DNA of 64,000 nt from Lama guanicoe. Taxonomy: Eukaryota. Both the position numbers and the translations under genes were made by a program. Below the pieces are notes generated by a model, which saw only the letters and a list, made by a program, of their open reading frames with translations, did not search any database and had not been told where the DNA came from. The DNA is taken from assembly GCA_013239625.1 (NCBI GenBank), contig MU054323.1, positions 11,865,815 to 11,929,814 of the forward strand, in the 5' to 3' direction. Each line of letters opens with the position of its first letter. Positions within the stretch are counted from its first letter, which is position 1. Below, piece by piece: positions 51,136 to 64,000 of the stretch.

Positions 51136-51320
51136 AATCCGGCTGCCCGAGACCACATCTTATATGTGGTCCTTTCTATACTCAGGTGTTGTGCTGAGTC
51201 TGAGTTCCCGCCTCCCAGAGCCCTGGCTCCTCCCCGCAGTGTTTTCTGAAAGGGAGGGGAGCGCCCGGGGCTTTGTGATGGTGTTGTACTAATCCGATTC
51301 CTTCCTTAGAACATCACACA
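51136..51320 (-). promoter_or_regulatory. Candidate CAPN14 proximal promoter (TATA, GC/KLF boxes, STAT6 site)
   Basis: TATAAG 51159-51164; CCCGCCTCC near 51207; GGGAGGGG near 51252; TTC-CTTA-GAA (N4 STAT6 consensus) 51302-51311. Human CAPN14 is known to be IL-13/STAT6-inducible. Confidence 0.55.
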
Positions 51321-52029
51321 AACAAAACTTGTTCCAGTAATGCTTTGAACAGAGAGTTAGTCATCCTCTCACTTCCAATCTAGGGAGGGTATTTGGAGAC
51401 ATGACTTAGAGCATTACTCTGTTGCAGGAAATAGTGTTTATTACTTTCTTTCGTAGTCTTCAGAGTTTGATGCAGCTCCCAGGGATGTTTCCTGCTGAGG
51501 AGGAATTTTGTGATTCCTCTGTGCTATTGAGACATCTTTCTCTCTCCCTTCCCAAATCTACACCTCAAATCCCACTTTTCTGCCAGTTTTGTCTCCATGG
51601 CTTTGACCACTCAAAGCTAGAAATGTTCACCTCTATTGACTATTCCCTTACATTCCCCACTGGCGATTCCACCCTCAGAACACTTCCTGGCACTCATGTG
51701 GTTGCTCTTCTGTGAAGACTTCTCCTGCAGTCCTACCACCACTCTCACAGATTTTCATCATAGGGATTAAGCCAGTTCTAGCTTGTCTGACTCCAGGCTT
51801 GCACACATTGGATCCCTGGGACGTCGAGTGGTGGCTGGCACCCAGAAGGTGCTCAGTACATGCCAGTGGAATTAAAGAGTCCCTTACCTCTAGAACTTCT
51901 CCCTCCTGACCCTTTCTACCTGCTTCTCTGCGGTGGCCTTTTGCCCTGACTCTAATCTCTCACACCTCAATCTTTTTGTACAACTATCACCTCATTCATT
52001 TTATTAATACTGATAAAGAAATGAATAGT

Positions 52030-52430
52030 TGTTATGGATTGAATGTTTGTGTCTTCCCCAAAATTCTTATTTTGAAGCCCTAGCTCTACAGTGTATCTGT
52101 ATTTGGAGTAAGGAAAGAAATGAATTTGTAATGATGGGGCCCTGATCTGACAGGATTAGTGTCCTTATAAGAAGAGACATCAGAGGGCTCTCTCTCCCTC
52201 TGTCTCTGACTCCCTGTCTCTCTCTTGTTGTGCACTAATGGAAAGCCATAGGAGGATCCACTGAGAAGGCAGCCATCTGCAAGCCAGGCAGAGAACTCTC
52301 ATCAGAAACTGATCCAGCCAGAACTTGATCTGGCACCTCTAGCCTCCACAAGCATGGGAAAATGAATTTCTGTTGTTTAAACCCACTAGTCTCTAGTATA
52401 TTGTTATGGCAGGCTGAGCAGACTAAGACA
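52030..52430 (+). mobile_element. MaLR LTR (MLT1A/MST-like), full length
   Basis: TGTTATGGATTGAATGTTTGTGTC...GATTAGTGTCCTTATAAGAAGAGAC...TTGTTATGGCAG..GCAGACTAAGACA; TG...CA ends. Confidence 0.88.
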
Positions 52431-54599
52431 ATGACCAGCATTTATTGAGCCCTTCCGACACGCCAGGTGCAATGCTAAGCACACTGCAGGCAGAGCCTCT
52501 GAATCTTTACAACTTTGTGAGGAAGTACTCTTATCATCCTCCCCTTTACAAAGAGGAAACTGAGGCCCAAAACAGTAACTTAACCAAGATAACTACAGCT
52601 AATAAACAGCAGAGATGTGACTAAGTCCCAGGGATGTCATATTCCACTAACATTTCATCACGTTGACAAACCAGAATAACCATCTCTGTTACTGTTGAGT
52701 CAAATCCAAAGTTTTTCTCCTGAGTTCAAAGCTCTTTGAACACTTGGCCCCTTTGATAAGGGAAACTTCAATTTCCTTTTCTGAAAAAGTCAGTTCATCT
52801 CCAGCTTAAGGCTCCCATCCAGTCACATATGTGAAAATGCTTTTTAAAGACTGCACCGCTCCATCTGCATCTGTGCAGAGGACTGCTGTTACCGCTGATC
52901 CCCGGCGTGCCTCCTGGACAGGACTTTTTCATTCTCATCTCCTCATCTTGGCCCTTCATTATCTGCTCTCTTACGTTTGCCATTACTTCAGGAACTTCTG
53001 GCTGCAGGCTGCTTCTCCTCCTTTGGTACCCTCTCCACCGCTTGCACAGGGCTGGGAGTCACTCTTTGTCAGAGTCGTTTTTATTATGGTCGTCATTGGG
53101 CTTATCATCAATTGTGCAGAGAATGAACAGAGCCTTCCAGATAGAGAGGGTGAGGCCTACGGGTCATGTCCTCCTTTGACTGTTCTTGAGAATTATTGTC
53201 CTGGGTGAAGGAAACAGATGTCCAGGGAGGCTCACTGGACTCTCACATCAGCCCTGAGATTGTCGGCCTTTCAGAGGCCCTGTGTCTCCTTCCCAGGCTT
53301 CTGTTTCTCACTCAGCACACACCTGAAGAAGGTAGCGAAGCCAAGTCCGTCTGGGGATGAGTTTGCCTATCTTTGCACAGCGAGGGCAGTCCCTGACCCG
53401 GAAGTGGGCTAGGGACCAAAAGTGGGTTGACAAATTTGTGATTTATGACTAGGAATTCATTTTCCTATGGAAACAAGCCTTGAGGGGTGAGGGACTTGCT
53501 AGGACGGCTTTGGTGGCTTACATAAGCTCCAGGTAGCAGGACCTGAGCACTTGCTGGATGTTGAGGTCCTAGAAGCAAAGCTGGGGGAGAAAGGAAGGGC
53601 TTCCTCACCAGTGCTGTGCCGCAGAGCCCTGGAGAAGGGATAAGAGTCAAGAAATGTGGATTCAGGCCTTGGTTCTACCGCTGACTATGTGAAGCTGAGT
53701 AAGTCACTGCCTCCTCTGAGACTCAATCACTTACATAAAACAGGAAAGCAGTGTTCCATCAGCTCTCTGCTTTCTGTTTTGACATTCTATGGCTCTGCTT
53801 GGGAACTCCTTGAGCAGTCAAAGGTGGGCAAGTTCGTCTCTTCTTACTGCACTCTCAGGACGAGCACTCCACCTCCAGGGATGAGATTCCCCCGACTTCT
53901 GGGCATGAGTACCCCCACTTCCTGGTCCTCTTCTTTCAAAGAATCCAAGCACTCTACACAAGCCTGACCTTCCACAAACTTAAGGTACTCTCTAAAGTAT
54001 CTCCTTCCTTTTCTTCCAAACAAACTTCTCATTCTTTTAGGGTCCTGGAAAGCAGTCTGGTTGAAATTGTTCTCACTAACGTGTGAATGGCTCACAAGTC
54101 CTTATTCTCACCATAGGTATTGCATTTTTTTTTAAGAGAAAACTCATTACCCAAATGAATCCTTGATTGTCAGAATCTCAGGCAATGAAATCAGAAGTGA
54201 AAAAGTCCAGGAGAGGAGTAAGTTAAGGTACCTAGGATAGTAAATAGTAACTGCTCAAAAGTGTTTATTCTTGCTCACATGGAACATCTGTGTTATTTAA
54301 TTAAGTTCACATCAAAAAAACAAGTAAAACTGCTACGGGCTCAACACAATTGTAAATGGGAAAAATTACTCAAATACTTGGGGTTAAGATCAAACCACTC
54401 CTGACAGCGATTCCCTTTTCTGCAAATATAAGAGCAAAGCAAGAAAATCTTGAGATGTTAGAGCTCTGGAAAGGGTTACTTTTGGCAGCCCTAGAGACAG
54501 GGATTTAAGGTCCTGGTGGTTATGGCAGCACCAAGACTTCATAAAATAAGTTGACAGGTTCTACTATTATTCTCTGAGGTTTCTTTCTGCTTTATCTTT

Positions 54600-55800
54600 G
54601 TTCAGTTGGTTACATTTGGTGAATGTATTTAAATAATAACATAACACTGTTAAAGAGGGAAAATAACCTAGGAACTCTGACATCATTGAAATAGGGATAC
54701 AAGCAGTTGTACCTCTTTTGAAAGCAATTTGGTTATAAGTATCAAGAGAATGAATAATGTTCCAAATGATTCCATTTATAAGATATATATTAAGTAAATA
54801 AAACTGTGGATGAAGAATTATATACAAAAGAGGTGTTCACCTTTCATTGATGACCACTGAAACAGAATATATAACTCTGAAAGATAGCTTTTATTACTGT
54901 TGACAATAATTCTGCCAATGACTTCTATGTCCATTATTGAATATAGTTAATTAAATTATGGAATTTCCATGTAATTAAATATTAGCTTTCATTTCTATTT
55001 AATTATTTGAATCGTTTTCCAGGATATGTGAAATACTCATTGTATAATATTGACTGGGAATAAAAGCAGAGGATAAGTAAATATATATTGACAGAAACAA
55101 GATAGAAAATTACACCCAAATTTTCATAATAACTTTTCAATTAGAAGAAACAAAAGATTGAGAGAGAAAGAGAGAGGAAAGGAAGGCAACAAGGACAAGA
55201 AGAAAGGGAGACTAAGAAATTTTTAAAATATATTAGTAAGGGAAAGTGAATATTCATACCAGATATTAAGATGTAAGATTATAGTAATTTAAATGGCATT
55301 TTACTAAAAATAGACAAACAGCTCACTGAAACAGAACAGACAATTCAGACATAGTGCTTATATTATCCCATAATTTATAATAATGTATCTTTAACAAGAC
55401 TTGACAAATCAAAAGAGAATGGAAGACTATTCAGTAGAGAACTGGTAAAGAATCTGGAAATAATTTTAAATACACTACCACCACGTAACTTTATATTAAA
55501 AAAAAGCTAATAATGAATTAAAACGTTACATATAAAAGTTTCAAACTACAGAACAATTTCAACAAAATAAAACTCAAATTCTTGAGCAGGGGAACTCTTT
55601 CTAAATTTAGTGTAGCAATAGAAGAAATTATAAAGAATAAAACCACTAGCTTTTGCTATAAAACAATTTTAAACTTCAATAAGTAAAAAAGAATAATGTT
55701 ATAATCAAAATTAGAAAGCAAAATACAGACTAAATAAAATAAAAATAAATATAATTTTTAAATAGAGAAAAAGCAAGACATAGCTGCTGAGTAGCAGACT
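54600..55800 (+). mobile_element. Highly decayed old L1 fragments
   Basis: Very A-rich, with L1 ORF2-like remnants (AAAAATAGACAAACAG..CACTGAAACAGAACAGA); boundaries approximate. Confidence 0.45.
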
Positions 55801-55860
55801 TTTAAAGACAGCAGTAGGCTCAGACTTCCACTGTTGTCTGCTTTTGTATTTTTAAATAAT

Positions 55861-56638
55861 GCCCACTCTGGAGAACAGTATGGAGTTTCCCTAAAAAACT
55901 AAAAATAGGCTTACCATTTGATCCTTCAATCCCACTCCTGGGAATATATCCATAAGGAACTCTAATTCAAAAAGGTACGTGCACCCCAACGTTCATAGCA
56001 GCATTTATTTACAATAGCCAAGACATGAAAGCAACCAAAATGCCTATTGACAGATGACTGTATAGACAAGTGCTGATGTACGCGCGTGCGCGCACACACA
56101 CAATGAAGTATTACTCAGCCATGAAAAATAATGAAATATTGCCATTTGCAGCAACATGGATGACCTAGAGATTATCACATTAAGGGATGTAAGTCAGACA
56201 GAGAAAGAAAAATACCATATGATATCACTTACATGTGGAGTATTTTTAAAATGATATAAATGAACTTATTTACAAACCAGAAACAGACTCACAGACATAG
56301 AAAACAAACTTATGGTTACCAAAGGAGAAGGACAGGGAGGGATAAATTAGTTCGGGATTAATAGATACACACCACTATATATAAAAGAGATAAACAACAA
56401 GGACCTGCTATGTAGCACAGAGAACTATATTCAATATCTTGTAATAACCTCTCATGGAAAAGGATTTGAAGAAGAATATATGTATATATATATGTGTGTG
56501 AGTATATATATATAAATATACATATATATTTATATATATATAAACTGAATCACTTTGCTGTACACCTAAAACTAACACAACATTGTGAATCAACTATACT
56601 TCGATAAAAAATTGTTTGTTTTGAAAAGAAAAAAAAAA
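55861..56638 (+). mobile_element. L1 3' fragment with internal (CG)/(CA) and (TA) expansions
   Basis: GGAGAACAGTATGGAG..AAAAACTAAAAATAG...GCCATTTGCAGCAACATGGATG...AACTATACTTC plus A tail. Confidence 0.92.
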
Positions 56639-59600
56639 GGTTGGAGACTACAGCTCCAAACAACTAACTAACTGACTGACTAAATGACTAAATAAAGCCT
56701 GCTCATATCTTTTGCCTTTACCAGGCTCCTTCTGCCTGGACACATTTGGTGACGGTCACGGTCTTGTTTCACAGTCATTGGCCAACTGCAGGCAATTCAC
56801 ATTTCCAGTCTCCCTGCTCATCAAGAGCTCCTTCCACAATGGGTTGAATCTGGGGCCTCAGCAGCGCTGAGACAAGTTTTAAGAGAGACGAGAGCTCAGC
56901 CTTCTTCCTCAAGGAGTTTCCTCTGTTGCTCCCTTGGTGGGGAGACAGGCAAGATTCACCACTCAGGAAAGATGCTCAGGACTTGTGCTGGTTCCAAGGT
57001 CCCTCTGGATTCCTGTGCATTTGGCAGATCACTGCTTTGTCACTTCTGTTACCCAAGGGAGGTTATTTAGCGGGATGAGGCCATCGCTATACTGCTTGTA
57101 GTCCTGGATTGATGTATCTGGGCTCAGAAGCAAGCTCCTGGTTTTGCTTTCATCAGGAAGCTAGGAGCCGCATGTGCCGCTGACCTCTCAGGAGCCCTGT
57201 GTAAGCTCATCTCTTCCTGACATGATCACCGCACCAGCCACCTGCCCATTTTCTCCTATCTACTGCCTGAAGGGTTAAATTTTTTTTTTACAATTCAAGA
57301 GATTTTGGTAAGCTGCCTCACACCTTTTGTGGGTTGAGGGGAAACGAAGAAGGATGATAGACAGCTCCGTTGAGGATGCCCATGTGAAGATGCCTTTCAG
57401 CCTCTGCGCATGAGTGTCCCTCTCTGGGAATCATTCCTGTCTTCACCTTCAGGGTTGCTGTGGGGACTAGATGCTACAAGGGCAATGCCCACCCTCTAGA
57501 AATACAAGTGCAATGAAAGCAGAGCCTGATAATGAAGGTGGTGATGGGAGGTTTTCTAATTATAGCTCACATCTTGTAAATGGCAAAAGACTTGCCTTTG
57601 GGAGATGAGGTTCTTAGACCGAAAACTGAGCTGAAGGGGCTCATCAGGCAAATATTCGAACGAAACCAAACATCCACCACTGCCTCCCATGGTGTGGGCT
57701 TTCCTTTTTGTGATGTTGGATGTATCAGGTGAGCTCTGCTCCTGTACGCTTAGGGATGGAACCATCCTTCTGCCCATGAGAGCTGCCATGTCTGATGATA
57801 GACACATGTCCCAGCAATTAAGGAGATGTGACAGTAAGTATGAAGGGGGCAAGCTGTCCTTGGATGACCAGACTCTGCCTGTTACTTCACCTTCTTTTCT
57901 GTTTATACACTTCCTGAGTACAATTTCTTAATCTCCTTATTTTTATTCCAGATTTCCCTTTCCTTGTATGCACTCAGTTTTCATTCATTCAAGAGGGAAG
58001 TGAACTAGTAGTTACAGTAGTTACTTTTTACTGAGTTTTTTATGTATATATAATTATATCTATAGGTAGATATTTATATAGAGATTATAAAACTGTATTA
58101 GGTCCTTGAACTACAGTGTCAATGTATGCCCGCAACTGTGCTGTGCAGTGTCATTCTTAGACCTGATTTCACAGATGAGGATGCTGACATAAAAAGAGGT
58201 TAAATAGCTCAGCCTAATTCTCAACAAGAGGAGTTGGTTCAGTTAATGCACTTTTCCTCTTCAGTGGAGTTCAACAAAATGAGTCAAGGATGGTTTACTC
58301 ATCTGGTGGGGGCCAGGCTAGTAGGGGCCCCAGCTCTACGGTTGTGGACGCTGCCCCCTCCCCTGGAACTGCCCTCCCTACTCCTCTACCCTCCTCAGGT
58401 TAGAGTCAGGACTTGAGATTTTTTTTTCCAGGTTGCCACTGCAGTTTTCATCTTCTTCTCCCTCTGGCCAGACTTTGACAGTCTTGGTGAGAAAGGGAAA
58501 AAAAGGGAAGAGAAGGGAAAAGCCCAATTTCCTAGCATCAGCCCCAAGGGCCCGGGCGAATGCCACACATTCCACTGTTAGTGATTGTTATTTCTTGGAG
58601 CCCACGAGCCATTCTCAGCTAAGATACAAATGAGCCAAAAAGTATTACTCACTGACTAATGATGTACTAGCTTGTTAAATAGGTCCAAAACACACAGCAT
58701 GCCCACGTAGTGAATAAAAATAATCGTGATTATTCTATTAAGAGCTAACAATGTCCACCGAGCACTGTCATGTTCCAGGCACTCACTAAGCACTCCCCAT
58801 GCATTGTCTCCATTAATGCTGAAAAAAGACTGTTACAACAGAGCTGAGGCTTGGAGAGCGAAGCCACTTTCCCGAGGTTGGCAATGATGTGGGGAGACAG
58901 GGACTCTATCTACTGCAGGTTGTCTGCCTGGGAACCGCCAGGAGCTGTCAGGGTGACAGAATTTAGGAGCCACTTGCTGGGTTTAAGAGAGGCACCTGGG
59001 AGCCAGAGGGGGCTAAAAACAAATGCTATGTTGAGTAGGGAAAAAATTAAGTCCCAGGGGACTACATGCAGCAGGATATACTTTATTCCAAAGCAGGAAA
59101 CCCCGACAATATGCTGTTATTAATGATAACATTAATTTTAACACCAAGGAAATAAATTCCAGGTCATAGCTGGCTCTGGGGGTGGTGAGGAGGCAGGGGA
59201 CACGATAAAAGAGGAACACGTAGATAGATGCAATTATTGCTAATTTTTCCAGTTCTTGGGTTGGATAATGGATTCACCAGGAGTTCATTATATTATCTAA
59301 ACATGTGTTCAATAAAAGAAAGAAAAGTAGAATAAAGAAGCCAGGTATAAAGAGTTTGTCCTGACCCACAATTATGAAAAAAAACTCTAATTTTGTGTAT
59401 CCAAGGACCAGATATTTTTTATACAGGATGAGGGGAATAACAAATAAACAGCCAAGTACTCATTGTCAAATTTAAGAAATAAAACACTGTAAATATAGTT
59501 GAAGTTCCCTGTGTACCCATCTAATTCCATTTCCCTTCTTAGTCCCCAGAGGATACCATTTTCCTGATTGTTTTAGATTCCCTTTCTTTTGGGAAACTTC

Positions 59601-59790
59601 TGTGCACCATGAACAACAGGGGGTGTTTTCTACATGATTTAAAACTTCAGAGAAGTGGTATTTATTACACTCTGTTTCATAGCCTAACTCTGGCTTCATT
59701 TACTCAGCACTATGCTTTAGCATCAGATCCAGTCCCCTCATTTTCTCATTTGTACAGTATTTTAGTATGTGAAATTTATTTTACTGTATG

Positions 59791-60640
59791 AACATGCAAA
59801 TCAAAACTACAACGTGTTATCAGCTCACACCAGTCAGAATAGCCATCGTTAAAAAGTCCACAAACGATTAATGCTGGAGAGGATGTGGAGAAAATGGAAC
59901 CCTCCTACACTGTTGGTGGGAATGTAGTTGGGTGCAGCCATTATGGAAAATGTATGGAGATTCCTTAAAAAACTAAAAATAGACTTACCATATGATCCTG
60001 CCATCTCACTACTGGGCATATACCTGGAGGGAACTCTAATTCAAAAAGGTACCTGTACCCCAAAGTTCACAGCCACACTGTTTACAATAGCCAAGACATG
60101 GAAGCAACTTAAATGTCCATGATTGGATAAAGAAGTTGTAGTAAATATATACAATAGGATACTACTCAGCCATAAAATAGAATAAAATAATGCCATTTGC
60201 AGCAACATGGATGGACCTGGAGATTGTCATACTAAGTGAAGCAAGCCAGAAAGAGAAATAAAAAATACCATATGATATCACTTTTTTTGTGGAATCTAAA
60301 AAAAGGATACAAATGAACTTATTTACAAGACAGAAACAGACTCAGAGACATAGAAAACAAGCTTATGGTTACCAGGGGGCAAATTGGGAGTTTGGGACTT
60401 ATAGATACTAACTACTATATATAAAATATATAAACAACAAGTTCCTACTGTGTAGCACAGGGAACTATATTCAGTAGCTTGTAATAACCTATAATAAAAA
60501 ATAATATGAAAAGGAATATATATTATATATATGTATAACTGAATCACTATGCTGTGCATCAGAAATTAATACATTGTAAACCAACTATACTTCGATTTAA
60601 AAAAAAGAGTAAATAAAGGTTTCAAGAAAAAAAGAAAAAA
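59791..60640 (+). mobile_element. L1 3' fragment (ORF2 C-terminus + 3'UTR)
   Basis: ATGCAAATCAAAACTACA..CACACCAGTCAGAAT; ORF 59928-60122 ([17 protein letters not shown]) is the L1 ORF2 C-terminus; A-rich tail. Confidence 0.93.
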
Positions 60641-62189
60641 AGAGGAGGAGGGAGTCAGGAGATCCGAGCTGTAACCAAGGAGAGTGTAGCCAGCCGCCTC
60701 CTCTGACAACCCCCACCAGAATCTCTGCAGCTCACCATGCTCCTCCCTTTGGAGTTCCCGCTGGGACCTCAACCGCATGTTCCAAACTTTAAATGCTAGC
60801 TCTGTTCTCTTTCTGACTCCCCTATTTGGTGGGACAGTGTCTCCAGCCATCTTGTCCTCTACAGTAGAAAATTCAGAATTATCCGAGACTCCATCCTACC
60901 CTATTTCCTCTTATTATTGCTTACCAAGATCTGTCAATCCTATGCCATTAAAAAAACCCTCTTTAATATGACCTTTCCTCCATTCCGAGTAGCCTGACTC
61001 CTACATTTTTAAATAGTTTCCCAACTGGTCTCTTGGCCTCCAGCCTCTTGAGCGCCTCAGTCCCTCCCCAGCACTGCTGCCAGCATTAGCAGTCCCACCT
61101 GGCCCATTAGTCTGTTTCCTCCTCGGTGGAGGGGAGTGTATGGGAGCCATCTGCCTTGGCGGGGAGGAGTATTTTATCACTGTCGCTGTTTAGAATGGTG
61201 CTAATATAAGGCAGATTGACTTTAGTCTTACTATTGTGTTTAAATTCTCTATAGACAATGCACCCCTTTTTGCCTATACCTGGCCAGCTGTTCTCATCCC
61301 TGTTATCTTTAGGATGACACTGGAGATATGATCTGCCTTATAGTGCTGCTGTGAATGTGAATTCAAATAACACTCACCCAGAACTTAGCCCAGGCCCCTG
61401 TAAGTGATCAGCACTTAATGTTAACAATGATTAGTAATAATATTATTATTGGCTCCTTATCCCCTACATGGTTCCTGTTTTGGCAAGCAAAGCCTTTTAC
61501 ACCTGGCCCCAGTCACTCCCTTCCACCCTCCTGAACCCCATACTCTAGTTAGCAACCTGTTTACTCTGCCTTCATCACACCAAGTTCTTCCATGTTCCCA
61601 TGCCTTTGCAAGTGCTCTTTATGCCTCCAGGAATGTCCTCTCCTCCTTCTCTGTAGGTTCATCATTTAAGATCCAGCTCACAATCCTGCTTTCTGCGAGC
61701 CTTCCTCAAATTAGCCAGACAAAAAGAATGCCTCCTCCCCTGTGCAGCCGTATCCCTTGGCTCCCATCTCTTTGAAGCCTGCCTGGGCTGGAGCTCTTGG
61801 AAGGGAGAGACTGTAGGTGCTCATCTTTGTGATCAAATTTGTAACCGCAGCCACCAAAACTGAGGCTGGGCCATAATACAGGCTCAATACCTGTGGAGGT
61901 TTTGCTTGTTTTGTTTGGTTTTGTTGGAAGGAATGAACAAATGAATGAATGAATGAATGGGAATGGTTTTGACTTCACTCGGAAACAGGCAAAAGGTTTG
62001 GGTAGTGACAGTTTTGGTCATTTGGGGTAAGCTGATATTGGACCGTTCTTTCCATGCTCCCAGGAATACATTCCCAAATAATAGAGTGTCTTCCTAAGGG
62101 ACTGAACTCAGTAACTAAGGGACAGTCTACATTTAAGAGCGAGGAGAGCGTAAAGCAGGTCAACTCTGTCTTCGTAGCTGTCCCTGAGA

Positions 62190-63240
62190 GGGCGCTGTTC
62201 CCAAATCAAACCTCCAGAGGCCGGGACTGAAATACCAGAGCATTCCCACAGGACTCAGCCTCTCTCCCTTCCCAGGCAGCGAGCTGTCGCGGGTCCCCAG
62301 TGGGGCGACTGCCCACAAACATGGCGCCGCCCTGCTCAGCTTCTCCTCGCCGGGGCCGCCGAGCCTGGCCAGCCCTGCCAGTACTCGGGAACTTCCTCCG
62401 CGAGCCCGCTTCCTGCAAGGCTGGCATTTAAATCGGCGCCTGGGGTTGCAGGCTGCGGCTGCGGATGCTGAGCTGTAAGCGGGCTGGGCAGCGCCGCCGC
62501 CTCTACTGAGCCTCTGGACTGGCGGGCAGGAGCAGAGCCAGAAGCATCCCTTAATTACATCCGAGCCAAAGCGAGAGAGGGCTGGGGAAGACCGGGGACC
62601 CCCGCACCTGGCATTTAATTGCAGGTTTGACTTTATTTCCAAGATCGCAGTCCCCCTGCCCAGTCCAGATATTTTCCCTCCCTCCGGCCTTGGTTGCTGG
62701 ATGAATCTGGGGCTGGACTTGGTCCCAGGAGTAGGGGAGGAGCGCGTTCCCGGCCCCGCGCCGTCGCCGCAGGGACCCCCAAGCCGCGCGCCCCTGCCAT
62801 GGTGAGGCTGAGCCCCGCGCTCCGGTGAGGCGGCGGCGCGGCTCGGAGCCAGGAGGGCCCGCCCTGCAGGACACCTCCCTCGACGCGGGGCTCCGTGCCC
62901 TCCTGCTGGGACTGCGCGAGGGGGCAGCGAGTGGCGAACGCGATGTTCAGCTGGCTGGGTTCCGACGACCGCCGGAGGAAGGACCCCGAGGTCTTCCAGA
63001 CAGTGAGCGAGGGGCTCAAGAAACTCTACAGGAGCAAGCTGCTACCCCTGGAAGAGCACTACCGCTTCCACGAGTTCCACTCGCCCGCGCTGGAGGATGC
63101 CGACTTCGACAACAAGCCCATGGTCCTGCTGGTGGGCCAGTACTCCACTGGGAAGACCACCTTCATCAGGTGAGACTCCCGGGACCCTGGCAGCACATCC
63201 TGCCCCCCAGCGCTTGGGCCCTCTGTCACTCCCGGTGTCC
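62190..63240 (+). promoter_or_regulatory. CpG island / EHD3 promoter and 5'UTR
   Basis: Dense CpG and GC content; YY1-type AAACATGGCG 62317-62326; TATA-like ATTTAAAT near 62426-62433. Confidence 0.85.
62943..63169 (+). CDS. EHD3: EH domain-containing protein 3, first coding exon (gene continues past the window)
   Basis: MFSWLGSDDRRRKDPEVFQTVSEGLKKLY...KPMVLLVGQYSTGKTTFIR with P-loop GQYSTGKT; donor AG|GTGAGA; 227 nt. The N-terminus and the CAPN14 neighbour identify EHD3 rather than EHD1. Confidence 0.96.
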
Positions 63241-64000
63241 CCTCCTGCCTGAGGACAAACCGGAAGTCTTCCCTTGAAGGCTCTGAAGAAATCTCTGTGT
63301 GGCAATGTCCAAAGCTTACCCCACAATTTCATTTCATTTCACAATTTCACCCCGCCCTACCTGGTGCCTTTCCACTGCACTTAGCCCTTGGCTTAGGTGG
63401 TCACCTTGAAGTGTTCAAGTTCAGCGCCATCCCTATTCTTCCCATCTGTTGGATGGTGAAACTGAGACCCAGGAGGCACAAGTGAGAAAGCTCCTGGTTG
63501 CAAGAGTACCTTATGCTGGTAGACGTGTTTATACCCTCAGGTTGTAGGGACATGCCCTTGATAGTCAGAACCACTTCCCTTGCCTTTTAAGTCTTCAGCC
63601 TTAAAGCCTCATATAGGGACTTTCCAGTTGCAGCTGAGGATGTGGGCCCGAAGCTTGTGGCCCCCTGTCTGGTAGTGCCACTTGTCTTTCTTTTATCAGT
63701 TTCCTTCTCTGAGCAGAGCTCCTCCATACAGCTCTCAGAGACTGGAGAGAAGCAGTGTTCAGAAGCAAATGCTTTTTTCTTTTCCCTTGATCTTAATGGC
63801 TCAGTAATCAGATTAAAGCCTTTTAGAGGTGGGAGGGATATTGGCAATAGTCTCATCCAGCCCCTTGACTTGTTAGGGTAATTGAATCAGAGAAGTTAGA
63901 TGAATCGCCCAAAGCCGTGTAACAGAGTGGGAGGCCGACCTGGGATGCAGGACCTAGGCTCATGGGAGGAGATGGTAGGCTAAATGCCTATAACTTTGAG

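Noticed and set aside
59928..60122. 64-aa ORF as a gene
   Set aside because: It is the C-terminal remnant of L1 ORF2.
62160..63332. Long ORFs in the EHD3 CpG island (160, 150, 128 aa) and an N-terminal extension from 62895
   Set aside because: Stop-poor GC-rich DNA with non-ATG starts. The conserved EHD start is MFSWL at 62943.

Overview
Mammalian genomic DNA, most likely camelid (alpaca/camel), judged from Vic-1-type tRNA-derived SINEs and L1 3' ends. The window holds a complete, apparently intact calpain-14 gene (CAPN14) on the minus strand. I traced 21 coding exons by hand (16451-42684): all phases are compatible, the CDS is 2064 nt (687 aa + stop), and the Cys/His/Asn triad is intact. 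The gene includes a 9-nt micro-exon, a U12-type (minor spliceosome) intron and a NAGNAG acceptor. A candidate non-coding exon 1 with a TATA/STAT6 promoter lies near 51.1-51.3 kb. The CpG-island promoter and first coding exon of EHD3 (+ strand, ATG 62943) sit head-to-head with CAPN14 at the right end. The rest is intron or intergenic DNA with ordinary repeats (L1, L3/CR1, MIR, MaLR, Tigger, hAT). The most unusual item is a 416-bp CpG-rich solo LTR with a perfect 5-bp TSD and an intact promoter motif set (12015-12430). Also notable are an orphan CpG/GC-box patch near 6.2 kb, a 10-bp-phased CAGACA array in CAPN14 intron 1 and a strong-Kozak uORF in the EHD3 leader. I found no evidence for a wholly new multi-gene system. 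Gene and repeat names come from recognition and memory, not database searches.
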